Numbered from the stretch's first letter, positions 13,396 to 29,654 are shown. The stretch: DNA of 64,000 bases from Balanoglossus misakiensis (GCA_040954595.2 CM082590.2:6696001-6760000); one strand, 5' to 3'. The notes: generated by a model from the sequence alone, not told the origin. A program made the numbers and translations.

Positions 13396-16300
13396 TTAAC
13401 GTTAGTGTAACATACGTTAGCCTTTATCATCATGAAACCCACTTGTATGTCAAACAATCAATGGCGACTTATGTACAGGTTATTTTTGTTTCATTGTCGT
13501 TTTTGAAATTAAGAACACGTCGACGAGGTGTCAAAAATAACATTACACATGTCGAAAAAATGATTCCCAGTTCCCAACACAAAGCATGTTCTGTTTAAAT
13601 ATTGATACACAAATGTCAATTGAAATTTTATTAAGTTCCATTCTTTTGGAAATTAAAAGCTATTTACCCAATCTAAACAAGAAAACATATTGAAGTTTAA
13701 TTTTTATTTCACCTGTTCTTTTGTTCATAGAACAGACGAATTGCATTGACAGTAAAATGAAAAGAGGCGGGGAAATATGTCAACTACTACAGGTAAATGT
13801 TTTATTATATCCTTATGCAAGCATATCCATTAAATAGCATGTAATTACACTTCTTAGGAGCTTAAGAAAAACTGTGGGTGTCTGATAGCCATATGGAAAT
13901 ATGGGTGGGAGATTTACTTGGCCCACAGTGGATAAGATTGAAGATACGTACAATATTAAAGACGTCCAGCAGTTTTAAAAGTAGTTATTTGGCGCAAAAT
14001 ATCAAGGATTGTTTACGGGGTAACTTCAACAGTAGCTATATCCACAGCCTGATTGCAAAATTGACGAAACTGGTGCAATGATTAATAATTAGTTTTTATA
14101 AATCTATTTATCAACATAAGAATTTACAATAAGTATATTGTTTTGCTGCAAAATCTCAAGAATTTTTTTCTCAAACAGTAGCTATGCACAGTCTACCATA
14201 GCAATTACCTTAGCCGATCACCAGCCCAATGAGGCTAATATATCCAACACACAAAACAAGTTTAATGCAAGTATATATGCGACAGGATTTCAATATCCGC
14301 CCCAGCTATTTGCCACGGGGGACCGATAACACCAGTCGTGGCGCGTACAACACGATCAATGTCGCTGATCACGCGCGAAGAATATGTTTTACGCGCGCAC
14401 CTTTCGGAAAGTGTAATGAGGCAAGTGTGTTTGTGATATCCCAGATTAAGAGAAGGTTTATCCTGCAGGTTTGGCGGGAAATTACAGGTGTCACCAGTAG
14501 GCTAGGCTCAATCAGTAAATGGCAATGTAATTTGAGATACGCTCATAACGACCCGTCGACCTTAAAAGCCGTACACTGAGATACATTGAGAGTGTTAAAC
14601 CACATATTGAATTACACTGTTGCGATAATACTGTTCAAACTGACTCAAATGATGATACAACAGGAATCAATAATGTTTTCTTTTCATTTGTTAGCCTTTC
14701 GCGCTTTTTAAAGCGATTCTACAGGAATCTGCTTTATAATTAGTAGTTGTGGACAGTCAGTCTACATTGTTGAAGTTACAATTGTCTTGTAAAATCATGT
14801 AATTAACACAGTCAAATGTTAACTTAACCAGTTTGAAATTCACAGCTGCTAGTGATGTAAGAGCCTTTAGTCACAATTTTTGATGGCGTTTACAGTAATT
14901 CTGTTCTGTACACAGACTAAAGATATTTTTATATCCAAAGGTCTTTTTAGAGGATTCGCTGCTGCCTTGTCAATTAGACTCATTGTGTTCAGAGATCACC
15001 GTTGTCACGACTCACGGTGCTAAAGTGGCGTGCATAAGGCTAGACGTTAGTTTTGTAACCATAGCAAACAACACATGGCTAGATATACCCTCATGGCTAA
15101 GTAACCAATCACATCATCTAACTTACAAATTGTAAGTATTTGGAGCTGGTTGTTTTTGCTTGGAATCTCTAACATTGGTTGCTATAGGGATGGCAAAACT
15201 GCCATGTACTTGACTACATGTATATCCGTTCTGCCCACATCACCTTTTGACCCCCTCCCCCTCCCACCAGCGTACCAGGGCAGGTGTTTTGCGGGGGTGG
15301 CTTGTCAAAACTCTCGCCTGACTTCACGTGCCAGTGTCAACGAGGAATTCGCTCGAACGTCATTGAATTCTGCGTCAACACCTTAGCACACACATCAGTG
15401 AATACACCTCGCACTGCAGCGTTTGTTTCCGATGGTGCATCTTTGCAACCGAGTCACACATAGGATATATTTGATTCGCCATTTACATGACAAGGTTTTT
15501 AACACCAGTCCTGTCCATGCCAGTTGCAAGGTATTTTCTTCTAAATGGGTGATACAGCATAATTAAGCAAGAATCAGAATCCTAAAGAATCTTACTAGTA
15601 GTTCCTACCCGAGTATATTGAAAAAATAGTCTCTGTCTCTCTCTTTCCCTCTCGTACACACACATTTCAACACGCAAACCAAAATATGAACAACTTGCAC
15701 ATAACGTACAACGTTACAGTATCAAGTACAACTCTATTGTAATTGCAGAACATGTCTCATGCCTTAGAGAGCTCTAAGTAGTCTCAGAGCGAATAAAACG
15801 TTAAGGCTATAATTGAATTAAATTAAGAGAAATGTGTTCACAGCGGACATTAGAACTGACGCTATTAGTATGTCGACACCATCGTTTTCATCAAATCATG
15901 CTAAGGTCGAGGTCTATCTGTTTTGTTTGGCCAAACGCCAAATAATCATTTATCATCATTTAGTGACAAAGCTACGATTTCCCATCCAAAGCAAAGGGAA
16001 TAGACTTGCTTCTTATAACATGGCCTCGAGAATATTCGTAACTAACTTGAGGTTTCAAGATGTGGAATTCTAAGTAATTATAGTTTTAAGGTCTATTTCA
16101 GACTTTCTTTCAATAGCAGTAACTGATTATGAAATATCTAAATATAATATTACTGAGATAATTATAGAAAATGTTTTTCTTCTGAAAACCTTCAAAGATG
16201 TCAGATTCAGAAATAGAAACAGTCGTGTTTATATACAAGAACACTCTTTTTTGTTTCCAGAACCGTACGACAGGAATATGTTCACTAATTATTGAATTAA

Positions 16301-19300
16301 TTAACCTTCTAGTCTTTAATTAATTATTAAAAATCGCCAGAAGTTTACTTTCTGGTGATTTTTTCAGTATTTTGTGGAATTAAAAGACTATCACGAGTTG
16401 TGTCCATATTCCGGGCAAATGTGTCTCTTGCATCCGGGGAAAACTTTCATTGTCGATTCCACGGTGTTCAAAGAAAACCCGAACTTGGCAAGATTCTAGT
16501 GACAGATTTTTGAGAATTTCGAATACACCATTAATAATCCACTTTTGAACTATTTAATTTTTGCTACACTCACATTCACTGACTGTTTTTAAAAGTTTCG
16601 CTTTTGTTTCATTTTCAAAGACGAGATTTTTTTTTGGCGATTTAAATATATTTGCAACATCTATGACAGTGTTGCAATGATGACAAGTCCTGGAAAAGAT
16701 TAGTCGAATTCTGATTGTGGACAGCTGATCTGTTGAACCAAAGTGTTGAGACAGACATGACCAAATATGGTATGCACATTCCTGTGTGGTGTGTCTTGAC
16801 GCCATGCGTGTGTTTAACGTCATGCGTCATTCAGTCAAATAAATGTATGCTTGCATTGTCACTTGTAAAAACACATGTCAGATGACGAACATATCATAAT
16901 AAATGACATCTGCCCAGTGTAATTACAATTAACACAGAATAGAAATCTTTTCAAATGTTCTTTCATGTACTTCCAATCTTTTGTCATTTTAATGTAAAAA
17001 CACTCACTCGTTTGTGTATTTTAACAGAAAATGGCAAATATTTGACATCTTGCTAATTGGAGTCGTGTCCACTGAAAGAAGGACAGTTATTTTTACATGT
17101 GTGTAAAAACATTTGAATTTCGCGTTAATTAAAAATTAGTTGTTTTTTCGGAGTTGTTTTCGTTGTATTTAATTAGATCTTATCAGTCTCCTAGAATGCA
17201 GCTTATAGATGGTGTCTATTTTAGCTTTGCAATTATATTAATGACGTCAAAATCACGTGACGTGATGACGTCAAGAGTAGCAAATCAAAAATTTAAAATA
17301 AATACTGATTGTACACTAATTAACATCTAATTTCCTTTTGGAAAAATAAGTGAAATCGTATGTTGTAAAATTTTACTGAGACTAAAGTTTATAGTTTAAG
17401 GAAAATAAACTTGGAAAGTAATTTTCAGATGGTCGTATATTTTCCGATGATACAATGTGTCTAAATGAAAAGCAAGTTGACAGAAGCAATATTAACTCTT
17501 TGAGTGTCATATTTGATCTTAAATGTGGCGGAACATTTTTATCATTTTCGCACATTTTACCCTACTTTTCCCCTTAATTTTAGATCAGGTGAACATAATT
17601 TTACATATTCTTCAGGTCTTGATCAAAAATTTAGAAAATAATGGTAAAAAGTTGGTTTGGCGGTAAATTTTGTGAATGGCGAAAAGTCAGCTACGGTACT
17701 GAATGTTGACAGAAACCTACACTTCGCCATCATTTCACATCAAAGTCCTTTGTGCGCTCTGCGGCAGCCTACTGTAGACCGCCAAGCAAATCTGAAGTGA
17801 CAGGGCGCGCCATGCTATCGACCCTTCTAAATAATTTACACGACTTCAGAGAATTAACTCACGTTTTGAATGTGAACAAGGTCGTCAGTCCGGAACTTGC
17901 GGTGTCAACTGTTTAGGTAAGCAACGCGGTCTGAATATTCAGAAGAGGACTGAGCAGGTTAGGAAGTACATGCTCTGTTTCAAAATAATCCGGGTTAGGA
18001 GGCTAATGTTACAATGTCCAGGAATCTCAGGCGACTATAATAGATGTTTTCAATATTATCAAAAGCAAGAGAGTTTAGTGTCAGAATTCAGAAACCTAGA
18101 CACCACGTAACATCACAATTTTGCTTTCATATATTATAGTTTAACTATAGCTCTCCGCTATTAATTTCAGTGTGCAGCCTATTCTGTCTCACCTGAACAG
18201 AAATTGTCGTTCGCTGAACACTGAGAAACTGAAGTTCATTGTCAATTGTTCTCAGAATGTTAGACCTGATTTTGGTCAGAAAAAAATACACTTGTCTTGC
18301 TGAACAGAAATTGTCGGTCGCTGAACACTGTGAAACTGTCGTTCATCTTCAATTGTTCTCAGAATGTTAGAATATTAGACGTGATTTTGGTCAGAAAAAA
18401 ATACACTGGTCTTGCTTATATACATGTGCTGAAAATCAAGATTTGAAACCTTCACAAATTTGTTGTTTGCGACAATCTGTACTTATAAACAGGAAGTCCT
18501 GCATCAGCACGTCAGGGCCTATGCGTCACTGATGATGCGATGTACGCCAGGCTCAGAATCTGAAATTTGTGATGACCAATTCGGTAACTCCTACGACAAA
18601 AAAAACTTGCAGATTCAAGCTCTTGCCCTTGACTCGACAATAAGTCCCGAGCGACACCACGACGACATTATGCAAAAACCTCACAAGAGACTGGACGAAA
18701 ATCCAATCACCGAGTGAATGCGTCAATGAAAACCGGGAGACATATAGTTGTAATTCATGGCACTTTTCCAGGGATTTGATGTGACGTGGAAAGCGTCGCT
18801 GTCACCGACAGGATAGGTTTGATGACGTCATCCTCAAATGAGTGCTCCCCTAGGGGAGAGAAGTAACGCAGCTAAACGAACCCCTAGGGTAGGAGCAATT
18901 ACCCATAAATGCCTTGTACAAATAAAAAGAAGTCGAATCACCGGTGTTACTCTCTCTTCGAGTGCATAAATATTTTATCACAGTAACCAAAAATAAACTA
19001 CTGTTCTTATCATGTCAGGAATTGGGAAAAACCAAAACTGGTATACTTTATATCATTTGAGACTACTAGAACATTGAACTGTACAATTATTAAAGGGACT
19101 ATAAGTCTCTCTCTCTCTCTCTCTCTCTCCCTGTCTGTGTGAAAATTCTGTCTGGTTCATTCGCTTCGCTTACTTCTTGTCAGTTTATTCATTCATAAAA
19201 AGACTGTCATAAATTTCCCTGCGCTTTTGAAATAAAACACCTGCCACTGATTTTAGATTTTGCTGGAATGCTCTGAAAATACACGAACATTTCTGTCAAA

Positions 19301-22300
19301 GTAGGTCTGGTATTATGTAATCAAAATGTGTACTGTTGAAGACATCGTTGGGACTTTAACACCCTGAGAAATTAAAATTCTTCAAATTTGTCCATTTTAC
19401 AATGTGCTGTAACTTCACATACACCAATGATCATATCACACGACAAGTGTCATCTTCGTCATACGCAAATGTTAAGGGTTCCATTCAGAAACGGGCAATT
19501 TGCAAAGTACAGACGGTAGGACTAAACTAACGGATAGCATTTCCGTGAAAATCCACTTGCACGAGGCGATAATTGTATTTACCCTAAAGTGAGACGAGCC
19601 GATTACAATTGTCAGCGAGGCAATGTTCAAAAATTGACGTTCCGTGTATATCCGTTGCCACGGCAACCTGTAGCAGACAAAGGGTTGCGGTGACAAAGGT
19701 ATGCGTGCAGCCTAGCTGCTCGGCCGTATGTTCATCTCTGCTTCCATGTTAATGGGCGGTAATGACTTCTGAATGCAGAAAGAATATACAGTCGAAATTC
19801 TGAAGTCGAAAAAGCAGTCACGTGACCTCGCTCGGGAAACGCAATTATGACGCGTGGAACTCAATTCCGAAGCGAGTTCTGTAAAACGGAATGTGATTAC
19901 GTTCCGGGACCGTGTTTCCAGTCCGGGTTTGGCGTTGAACTCAAAACACCAAGCGGATATTATGCATTGCGTCGTAAAAGTGATTTCAGTAATGCATCGT
20001 TCGTACCCACTAATCCAAGACCATCTGCTGCTTGCTGAGCGCTTCGAGGGCTGCTAAGGGGGGAACCATTTGATTTATGGGGGGTGGAGCATTTCCGGGG
20101 GTGTCGGCAGATGTTTCGGAGGAAAAGAAAATTATTTTGAAATGTCTTGAGACAAAAACTAAGACAATAGGCACTAGGAAAAACAACTGCTGTTACAGTG
20201 ACTGGAGAAAACTTGCTGACATACCAAAATCTTCTACCCCCCCCCCCTCGAAATCAAATTGTTCTCCCCTAAAGTTAACCATCTGCTGGGTAGGTGCTCT
20301 ATGCATATTGCGGTATTCTGAGAACGACAATCCCGTTAGAGGCTTCAAATTTATATCCCTCATTAACCTCAACCAAAGCAAGGCTAATTGACAGCAACAA
20401 AACCACAAGATGTAGCGCAGTACACCATTTTCCGAACTACATGAGACACTGCGAGAATACTCGGCTGGCAACTCGTTGCTAGACTAAGTCAAAATATAAA
20501 ATTTAACATTGAAAACTGAACCGCGCGATGCATTGTGTGTCTGTTCACCTCGTCTGAGAAAACAATAAAATTCTCAAGAAATAATGACACGAAATGCAAA
20601 GTATCGGGATAACATTTGTTCATTTCAGCCGTGTAACAAACATTGCGTCCGTTTGACACCGACACAAACCAGCATAACTCAGAGGTAAATATTTCGATTA
20701 AAAACAATGATTTTAACACTAACCTCCCTGTTCCATGATATCTGCGGTTTCTATGGCGCTCAAATCTGATGATATGTGCCAAATGGGGTATTATTTCTGT
20801 CGTTTTAGCCACGAAAACTGAGCAGACGACAGGACGCGAAACAGCTCGTTCACACTCAGTTGACATCGTGTGATTTCAGAGCGCGGGCATGCATACGAAA
20901 AATTGCTACAATGTTGTACGTAAATAAACTCAGTCTCCAAGTCCAACTCCCGTTGGGTTTTGAGCGAAGTTTTGTACCTCAAATATGTCGTACAAACATA
21001 CTGTGATGCATAATCAAAGGGTTAATACCCGCAGCAATAAGAGAGTATGCCAATGCCAACATATAATACTACTACATGTAGTATTTTTCAGTATAAATGC
21101 AAAGTCGTGATGATTGTGATGATTAAAACATGGTAATATTGACCAAATAGATCCATTTGATTCTAGGACTGTATGCATATGGAGGGTTACACCTGTCTTG
21201 TTTTCAATCATTTTGATTCAGTTCAGTAGCAGATGTCAGACTCTAAAAAGATCACGTGATACAACCCCCAACTCGAGAGTCTTCTGACCGGTGTATGATA
21301 TTTTAGTTTTGCCAGTAGCTTGATCAGCAGTTGGTGGTTACCTGGTATGTATATAGTTGACATGCTAGCAGGAACGGGTTAACTGGCATTTTTTGTCAGA
21401 ATGGTGAGAGAAAACCCGATTTTTTTTTCATTCAAGTTGATATTTCATCGTCGGAAAATAACAATTCAATCAGCAGGTTTGTGACTTTTAATTTGACCTT
21501 GAAGCCTATGCATTGAAAGCAAAATTACATTTATTGAAATGACGTGTGTGCGATTATTGAATTTGTGGCCGTTGTCCTTCAATGTAGACCCACCGTACAA
21601 TGTTGGAAATTGTTCACACATCAATGTTGCGACTATTTTTAGAAGTTAATGTCTTTTCGGGAAAATCTTCGAGTTAATTTTGAGACAGATACAATAGTTG
21701 GAGCACACTGTATCATTCTGGTCTAAAATAGCGAGCATGTCAATGGGTAGTTAATGAAAAGTGGACGGTCTCCCGAGGGCCTAGGGCGGGAAAACTTTGG
21801 AATCATGATCTAGAAGAATGGCGTAGGCGCTTGTGTTGTCGTATGCATATAATAAAGAAGTGATAGCTTCATGATTTGTGAATTATCAAGGTGTGTTTAC
21901 CCATTGCGAACACCTGGTACCATCACTTAGCAGTACATGTAGTTCAAAACAACCATTGTCACTTTTTTTTCAAATGTGCTTCTTGGTGGACACTAATGGT
22001 TATCGAACGCCATTTTCTGCCAGATTGTGAACTGGATTGACGATTTATTTCACAGCGAAATTGTGAATGATTTTTGATAGAGTAAAGTACCGGGTATGAC
22101 AGCAGACGTGAATCTGATTAAACTCAATTGAACATCTAACGCAGTCTAGACACGATGCGCACATGGTTGCCGCTATGAAGGAAATCAGTTATTTCAATAA
22201 GCTATCGGTTTTCCTTTTTTCCTGTCATCGAAATCGTCACCTGTCATGTTGTTGCTCAGCACGCTCGGATGGCGTGACTACATGTCTACCTTGCGTTGAA

Positions 22301-23213
22301 AGAAACTATGTCGTGTATATGTGTCTTGTCTCTTCGGTTGCCATGCGTGAATTGCCTCGAATCTCCACAACACGTTTTATTCGTCTAGGATAAAACCTCA
22401 CCTTGCTGGGTAGAATCAGGGGAAAGTGACTTAGGCCTACAGAGATAACAGTGAGCGACATGGACTGTGATAGTACGACAGATAAGACAAAATTTGCCTT
22501 TAGCTGCTGGCAAAGATATTCCGAGCATTCTATCAAGTTTTGACACTATTCTGCCTTTTTCAGAGACGCTGTCATTTGTCTGTTTGTTTTTGTTTTGTTT
22601 GTTTCGGATTTGTTTCTCTGTTTTTGTCAGTCAGTCTGTTTGTTTGTGTGTTTTTGTTGGTTGGTTGCTTGGTTTCCGTTCGCTTGTTTGCAGCTGTGTT
22701 TGGTTTTCAAGCTTTTCGTCTGTCTGTTTGTCGGCATAAGTTTTAGAAGACTTCCTTAGTTACTAGGCAACATACTTTTTTTGTAATATCGTTTCGCAAC
22801 GTGATTTCAACTTGTAAGCCAAAACTCGCAAGTGTGATTGACTACGAGATGTAGGAAATTGTAGTTTCTTTGAGAAGCTGCGAGACTTTACGCGTTTGAT
22901 GAAAGTGATATCTGAAGCGTATTCTACTTGCCATTGGACATTAGCAGCGAATCAGTGCCCTTTGTGAACGATTGCCAACGCTCTGTTACCTCCAACGCTC
23001 GGTTACAAATGACATCAAACGAAAATCATTCGACCCAAAGTCACACTGTTTGTCATGACGTACTCCGAAGTTTTTCCTACCGTTAGTGTTTATCGGTCCA
23101 TTGACTTTGCGGTCCTTTGCATGTTATTTTTATCCTTAGATTATTGTGCAAGCAGAAAATTCTAGTTTACTTTCACGTTTGATTCTTGCTCTCTGGTCCC
23201 TGTCTATAAATGA

Positions 23214-23357
<144 letters not shown>

Positions 23358-25179
23358 TGAATTCAATACAACCAATTACAACTATCACAACAATGTGTCA
23401 AAATTATCTGATTGAATTTGCTGTGCGATATGCTAACGGCGAAATTCATTTTCTGTCAGCTGTGATTATTGTTCAATCATATTTATTCACCCTTTCAGTG
23501 GGTGTAGTTACAGGACTTTCACAGGGGACGCCCGTCATTAAAGGTTAACAAGTGACAATCTACTAAGTCCGCCATGCCCATAGGTGACATAATGATGTCC
23601 ACCAGCTAATAACACCCGTACACCTACAAGCTGTGAATCGTAAATTTAACGAAGTGGTTTGATTGCAGCGTATACTGTGAACAGTACGTTAACCTCAATG
23701 CAATCCTGCATCGTTCTGAAATCGCCGAACTTGAACGTACGCCATGTTTTACGAGACAAGGTCAAATTTAGTGTTGAATTCCAGGCAACCGTATACAGCC
23801 AGAACTTGGTTTATAGAAATACAATGTACGCTAGTAATAACTCAAAACCCCGATCAACAGGTAACATTAATCCCATGAAGTAAACAAGGTGACGGTTAAC
23901 TGTAACCAGACCTGGATTTGTGCCTTTGAAAATGACACAAACTGCTTTGGTACCAGGCGCTGCCTGGTACTGTCTGAAGCATGTGGTACAGGTCATCGTC
24001 AACAGACAGATACTGGGGATTGACCTAACAAAGCCGAGACCACGGGTCTGTGCACATCACTTGAAACATAGTCAAGTTTGAACCTGAATGCATTTACCAA
24101 CAAAACAAATGACATACATGACTTGTTGACAAGCAGACGACTTGGCGTGCTGGGATAGTCAAAGGAGGATAACAAGAGAATGTTGATACAATAAAAATCC
24201 GAAAAAAATAGTCAGAAGTTACAGATAATGGCATTTTAACAAAACCTTCATTATAAAGCCGAAATATTGTTCATATTTTGGGTCACAAGATTCAATAAGG
24301 AGTTCAGCAAAAAAATGAATTTAAAAAAAATAATGATGTTGGGATAATGTATCCCACATTGTCACCATAATTTATACTCTTTCAGGGAATAAACACAGCC
24401 TATCAGCACCAGGTCACTACTTTCAATTTTTCAGGATTAGATTTCTTTAGATTACGTCACCGTGACAGAATGCTCTTCTTGAAGACAACCTCAAGAAACA
24501 TTAAAATACAGAACAGACGACAAACAGGGATAGTATCCCGAGGGATACCGAGTCAATGTCCGAATGCTACCGAGGATTACTGTCAGAACACGCGATCTAA
24601 CAAAATCGCCGTGTTCAGACTAAGAATATCCAATTCAAAGATGTGCTTTGTTGAAAGAGGTATCCTTAACCACCCGAAGACAAGCACTGCACATACAGAA
24701 TATTGACTTCGTTCCTTGGCGTGATCTATGGCCACGAGAGAATATAACATTGACTTAATACACAGCGACGGCATACAAAACTAGAATTCACACAAAATGT
24801 GTTTCTGTCGCTCAGTGATGTAACTTACAATGACCTCGACCGAAAAAAAATCACAACTCTGCTACACCCATATTTTTCTTATTTACAGGAAACGTAAAAA
24901 TAATCTCAACATGATGATGTGCGTTTCCTTCTGTGTTTGAGGTGAAGCACGACCGTGCTAACTAATTATCCTGTCGTGGGTTTTGCCGATTTAACAGGGG
25001 TATCGCGCCTACAGAACACATATAGGAATTATTTCCGCCTTTATAGGACATATGGACCACCATGCCAGTTTCTTGTCATTGCCAGTGTACAGACTTCCAA
25101 GCAACGACATGGAAAGAACACCTTTAAGGGTGGGTGTCGTCCTGTCTGCGGCTGCGGGTAACAGTCCCATACGAATCAG

Positions 25180-25770
25180 CTACATTGTACATCATTGCGA
25201 ACGATGTGTTTGTTACATTGTATTACATTGTACATCACTGCAAACAATGTGGTTGTTACTTTGTATTACATTGTACATCACTGCAAACAATTCGGTTGTT
25301 ACTTTGTATTACATTGTACACCATTGCAAACAATATAGACATTGCACATGGCAAATAATTTGGTTGTTACTTTGTATTACATTGTACATCACTGCAAACA
25401 ATGTGGTTGTTACTTTGTGTTACATTGTACACCATTGCAAACAATTCGGTTGTTACTTTGTATTTCATTGTACACCATTGCAAACAATTCGGTTGTTACT
25501 TTGTATTACATTGTACACCATTGCAAACAATTCGGTTGTTACATTGTACATCACTGCAAACAATTTGGTTGTTACTTTGTATTACACTGTACATCATTGC
25601 AAACAATGTGGTTGTTACTTTGTATTACATTGTACATCACTGCAAACAGTGCAGTTGTTACTTTGTATTTCATTGTACACCATTGCAAACAATATAGTTG
25701 TTACTTTGTATTACATTGTACATGGCAAATAATTTGGTTGTTACTTTGTATTACACTGTACATCATTGGA
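25180..25770. repeat. 43-bp minisatellite (TTGTATTACATTGTACATCACTGCAAACAATGTGGTTGTTACT)n
   Basis: More than 12 imperfect tandem units; second array at about 34790-35070. Confidence 0.9.
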
Positions 25771-26167
25771 CTGGCAAAACTTTATACACCCAACCGTTTC
25801 TTACAAACCGGCCTGATGAGATAATCCGTAGTGAAGTCTTTAAGTAACCTTGATATTCTGACATAACCACTGATGGCTTGTCATTCAATTCATCATTTCA
25901 AGGTGAAGCAAAGTCGCTGACATTGAACTTGTCAATATGTAAGCATGACTGTAGAAATGATGGCGTGCCTTGAACGTTGGTAGTGACAGGCTCCTTTTTA
26001 AATATACATCTCATGGTTGCCTTTGTCACGTTCAATACACCCGTCAGATGAAAATCGATTTTTGAGTAGAGTACGACAAAAAACGAACAAACAAACCGAC
26101 AAGCAAACGAACGAACTGTGAGGGCCGGCGGTCATACGCGCATGTGCGTAATTTCTGGCTACCTTAA

Positions 26168-26352
26168 AGGTATACGGTCACCTATGCAAATTTAGCTATA
26201 GTTACCATGGTAAATTGAGATCTAACCAATCACAGATTTTCAGTGGGTGGCATACGCGAAAAAAGGAGCGCCACCATACGTTCTTTAGAACACTCAAATA
26301 CGCCATTTCAGCCATATATGGGCGTATGTAAATTGGAGGTGACCGTATACCT
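26168..26352. mobile_element. MITE family B copy
   Basis: TIRs and TTAA flanks. Confidence 0.8.
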
Positions 26353-29300
26353 TTAAATAGGTTTTTACTTTTTGCCAGGGGGTCCAATCACGTTTAATAC
26401 TTGCATTGTGGGTAAAAGGTCGACAACTCTCGGCTGTAGTAAGAGCTTCAAGAAATGATAAGTTGACTGTATTTCAGGACTTCCTTTGATAAAAAAATAT
26501 CTGTCTTTGTAGTTCTTTCAATGTTTTTTCATAATTTTGTTTTGTTTTGTCATGTTTTTCTGTTTCAAAGTTTCAGAATGACCCGGTATCATTCTTTCTT
26601 AAACGTGTCAAAAATCGGCCATTTTGAAATTGTGTCGACCATATGAGATTTTCGTCACTCACCTATAAGTAGCAAAACCTATTTCAGACCTAGTATCATT
26701 ATTTCTTAAACGTGGCAAAAATCGGCCATCTTGAAATTGTGTCGACAACATGACATTTTCATCTCTCACCTATGGGTAGCAAAAAAAACTATTTCAGGTA
26801 GTCTAATAGCTTAACGAGAGTAGGCCTACCTACGCAAAGGGTATAACTGAATTGAGTGAATTTAAGCGCAATATGAATAATACATACAGGTTCTGCATTC
26901 CCTCGAGCCAGTGTTGGATAGAGATATGATTATATTTGATTCTTAAATGAAAACGTGTCATGAATGTAGTACAAGCCACAAAGTATGTCTGCCACGGAAA
27001 AGAGTCGTTTCGTAAAAACCACAGACATCAATCTCGTAGATCTGTACATGTCTGTGGTACCGAAGTCACACCACGTTGTGTGAAAATGACTTTTCTGGGC
27101 GCAACAGGCACGTGACAAAATCAGCGCAAAATAAGCATGTACGTGAACGACGATCGCGTGGAATTTGTCTCTTCTCATAGTATAACATAAAGAATGGTTA
27201 AAACCCACTTCTAATCTAGTACTATTGTCATTTTCATGAAGATTTCCGCAAGGCGGATAAAATTACATTCAGTTATCGAACAAAATCGCATGGTCATATT
27301 TAAGGAAAAAGTCGTACTATAATAGTATCGTCAGTACTGGGCAATATACACAGCATGGAGAACAATTTTGATTACGCCGCGTCCGTGCTTGAGAACAAAA
27401 AACCCAATAAAATTGAACGGTTTGGAGACTATCATTTGCTTGAAAATCTGCTCCGAGGTTCGTACTAACTTAAATGCCTCATGACAAATCGAAATCGGAA
27501 ATAAAAAACAACATGTCTATAATAAACTCGTCTGATTCTGAAAAAATGTACGTGATTACGACAGTGATTCATACAGCGACATGAAAAATAAATAACCAGC
27601 TTAAGGGCTGCCGATTGATGAAATATCGCGCCTCCGCGTTTACCGCAGTTCTGGCGGGAAATGTCAACGAATGATAAATGTTTGATGATCTTGTCGTTTA
27701 GATCAATTAGCGACGCGTCGTAGGATTTCACCACAGGTAGAGCACTTTGAACAACGATGCATGTGGTAGATAAAAAACAAACAAGAAAAGACAATAAAAG
27801 TAATAATATTGAGTTAATTTAAAGCTCATTACATGTACATAATCCATCTAAATGCGCCTGAACAATTATTCCCCTGGTCATTGGACCTATAGTTTTTTTC
27901 CAACAATGAAATGAAATGGGATATTTGATCCTTGGCCAGCCAGCGTGTTCGGTAAACAATAATATAAACAAAATCTAAACATTATTTTGCCTTTTTGAAA
28001 ACAATGAGCGTTGTTGATCGGGGTGGGTTGTGTTTCAACGTAGATCGACAACGGGAACAGGTACGCGATTTTATATACGGCAAACACAGGCCACAGCTTC
28101 GGTTGGTCGGCTTGTGTCCTGACACTGACAGTCGCAACCGTAACGTCTCATCGAGATGCCAACGGAATTCTATATTCTGTGTCTGAGCTCCAAATCCCCA
28201 GAACCCCTTAAGCTTACGTAAAAACAACTTCAACATTTCATAAGATATATACACGTCAAAAACATATATTGTTCACAATCCGGGCTACTTTTGGCGGGAA
28301 ACCAGGGTTTGGAATATCGTCAGAAAAATAAAATAAAAAACTGCAGACATCAGAATTTGGTGAGAAGGAGGCTTATCAGCGAAGGGGATTTTATTAAAGC
28401 TTTTAAAAAACAACAGTCAGAACGTGAATTAATTTAATTTTCACTCTACGCCAGTGGCGCGAAAACGACCAAGAGAAAATCAGGACTATAAGAGAAGTCG
28501 ACAGAATTGCAAAAGCTGGCGGGAAAACTGTGGCGGGGAAATGGACAACAGCACCGGCGAGAGTCGCCTGTGCATAGACTATGTGTCGCCTATCACAGTG
28601 AGGTGGTGTTTGATGGGTAGCGGGGCTGGGCCTGCTGTGGTGCTAGCTTCTACTGTTACTGTAGCCAGACATATCCCAGCCCGCAGCAAGCACCAAGGTG
28701 ATACATTTGTATCATCGCACATGAAGAATGAAGGGAAAACATTTAGTCAGCCCTATACTAGATTACAGCGGTTGAAGGCAACGTCAAATCAATGCACAAC
28801 GACGTCTAGTTTTGGCGGGATGCATAAACCTAACACATTCTCTCAGGTAATGTTAAGGAAATGCAACTGAAAACTTCGGTGTTCAGAAACAAAAATTGCC
28901 TTTGCATTGCGATCAGATGATTATTATCAGAATGAAGATAAATTCGAAATCAAGCCGGGCAGTGATTTCGTCCGGCATTCATTCATGATTTCACGTTAAC
29001 GTCAACTCTCGGTTGAAACTGTCAATCATGATGGAAAACTTCAAGATAAATGGTAAGGGTCTGTGAAGTCGTTCCAGACAAAACGATGTGATGTTGGTAA
29101 CTGTAGTCAGCGGTAAAGATGAGTTATGGAGCATTAGCGCGACAGGAAACTTGCTAGGGTTGGGTTAAGATATGATGCAGGGAAAAATGGTTGGACGGAG
29201 AAAAGTGTTTGAGAGATGGTAGGGACGAGAGACTCAGCGAGAAATATAAAGGCAACATGTACTGAGAAGGTAAAGTGATGAAAAATGACAGACACGAAAA

Positions 29301-29395
29301 TTTATATCACATGAGTTTGCACGGTGGCAGAAGGACGGAATGATTGCAGAAAAAGTCTGTCAACCACGATGAGCAGACGACAAAATGTGACTTAC

Positions 29396-29423
29396 CGCGA
29401 CGCCGATACTCTTCAACGTCCAT
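29396..29423 (-). CDS. HDC: Histidine decarboxylase, coding exon 1 (MDVEEYRRR-G)
   Basis: Reverse strand reads ATG GAC GTT GAA GAG TAT CGG CGT CGC G|gtaag. It resembles the HDC N-terminus (EEYRERG) and its phase 1 fits the exon at 5170. Confidence 0.85.
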
Positions 29424-29654
29424 TGTCGATAAATAGCGCGGCAAAATGTGTCTTTTTTCTCTCTCTCCTTTCTTTGCTGTCTTCTAGCGAGTAGTGCTTT
29501 TGATTTGGGCTGGACGCCGGGCAAATGTGCTACCGGGAATACAAGAACGCCTGCTGCGACGAGAGCGTGTGTTACTGCGAACGACAAGGCGAAAAGTGAA
29601 AAACTATCGAGCAGCGTTGAGCATTTACAAACTGCAAGTGAATGGACGTCGAAG

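Noticed and set aside
25052-25824. Long Cys/His-rich ORFs (up to 226 aa)
   Set aside because: They are translations of the 43-bp minisatellite in rotating frames
28454-28870. 138-aa ORF starting with GTG in HDC intron 1
   Set aside because: It has no recognisable domain or splice context
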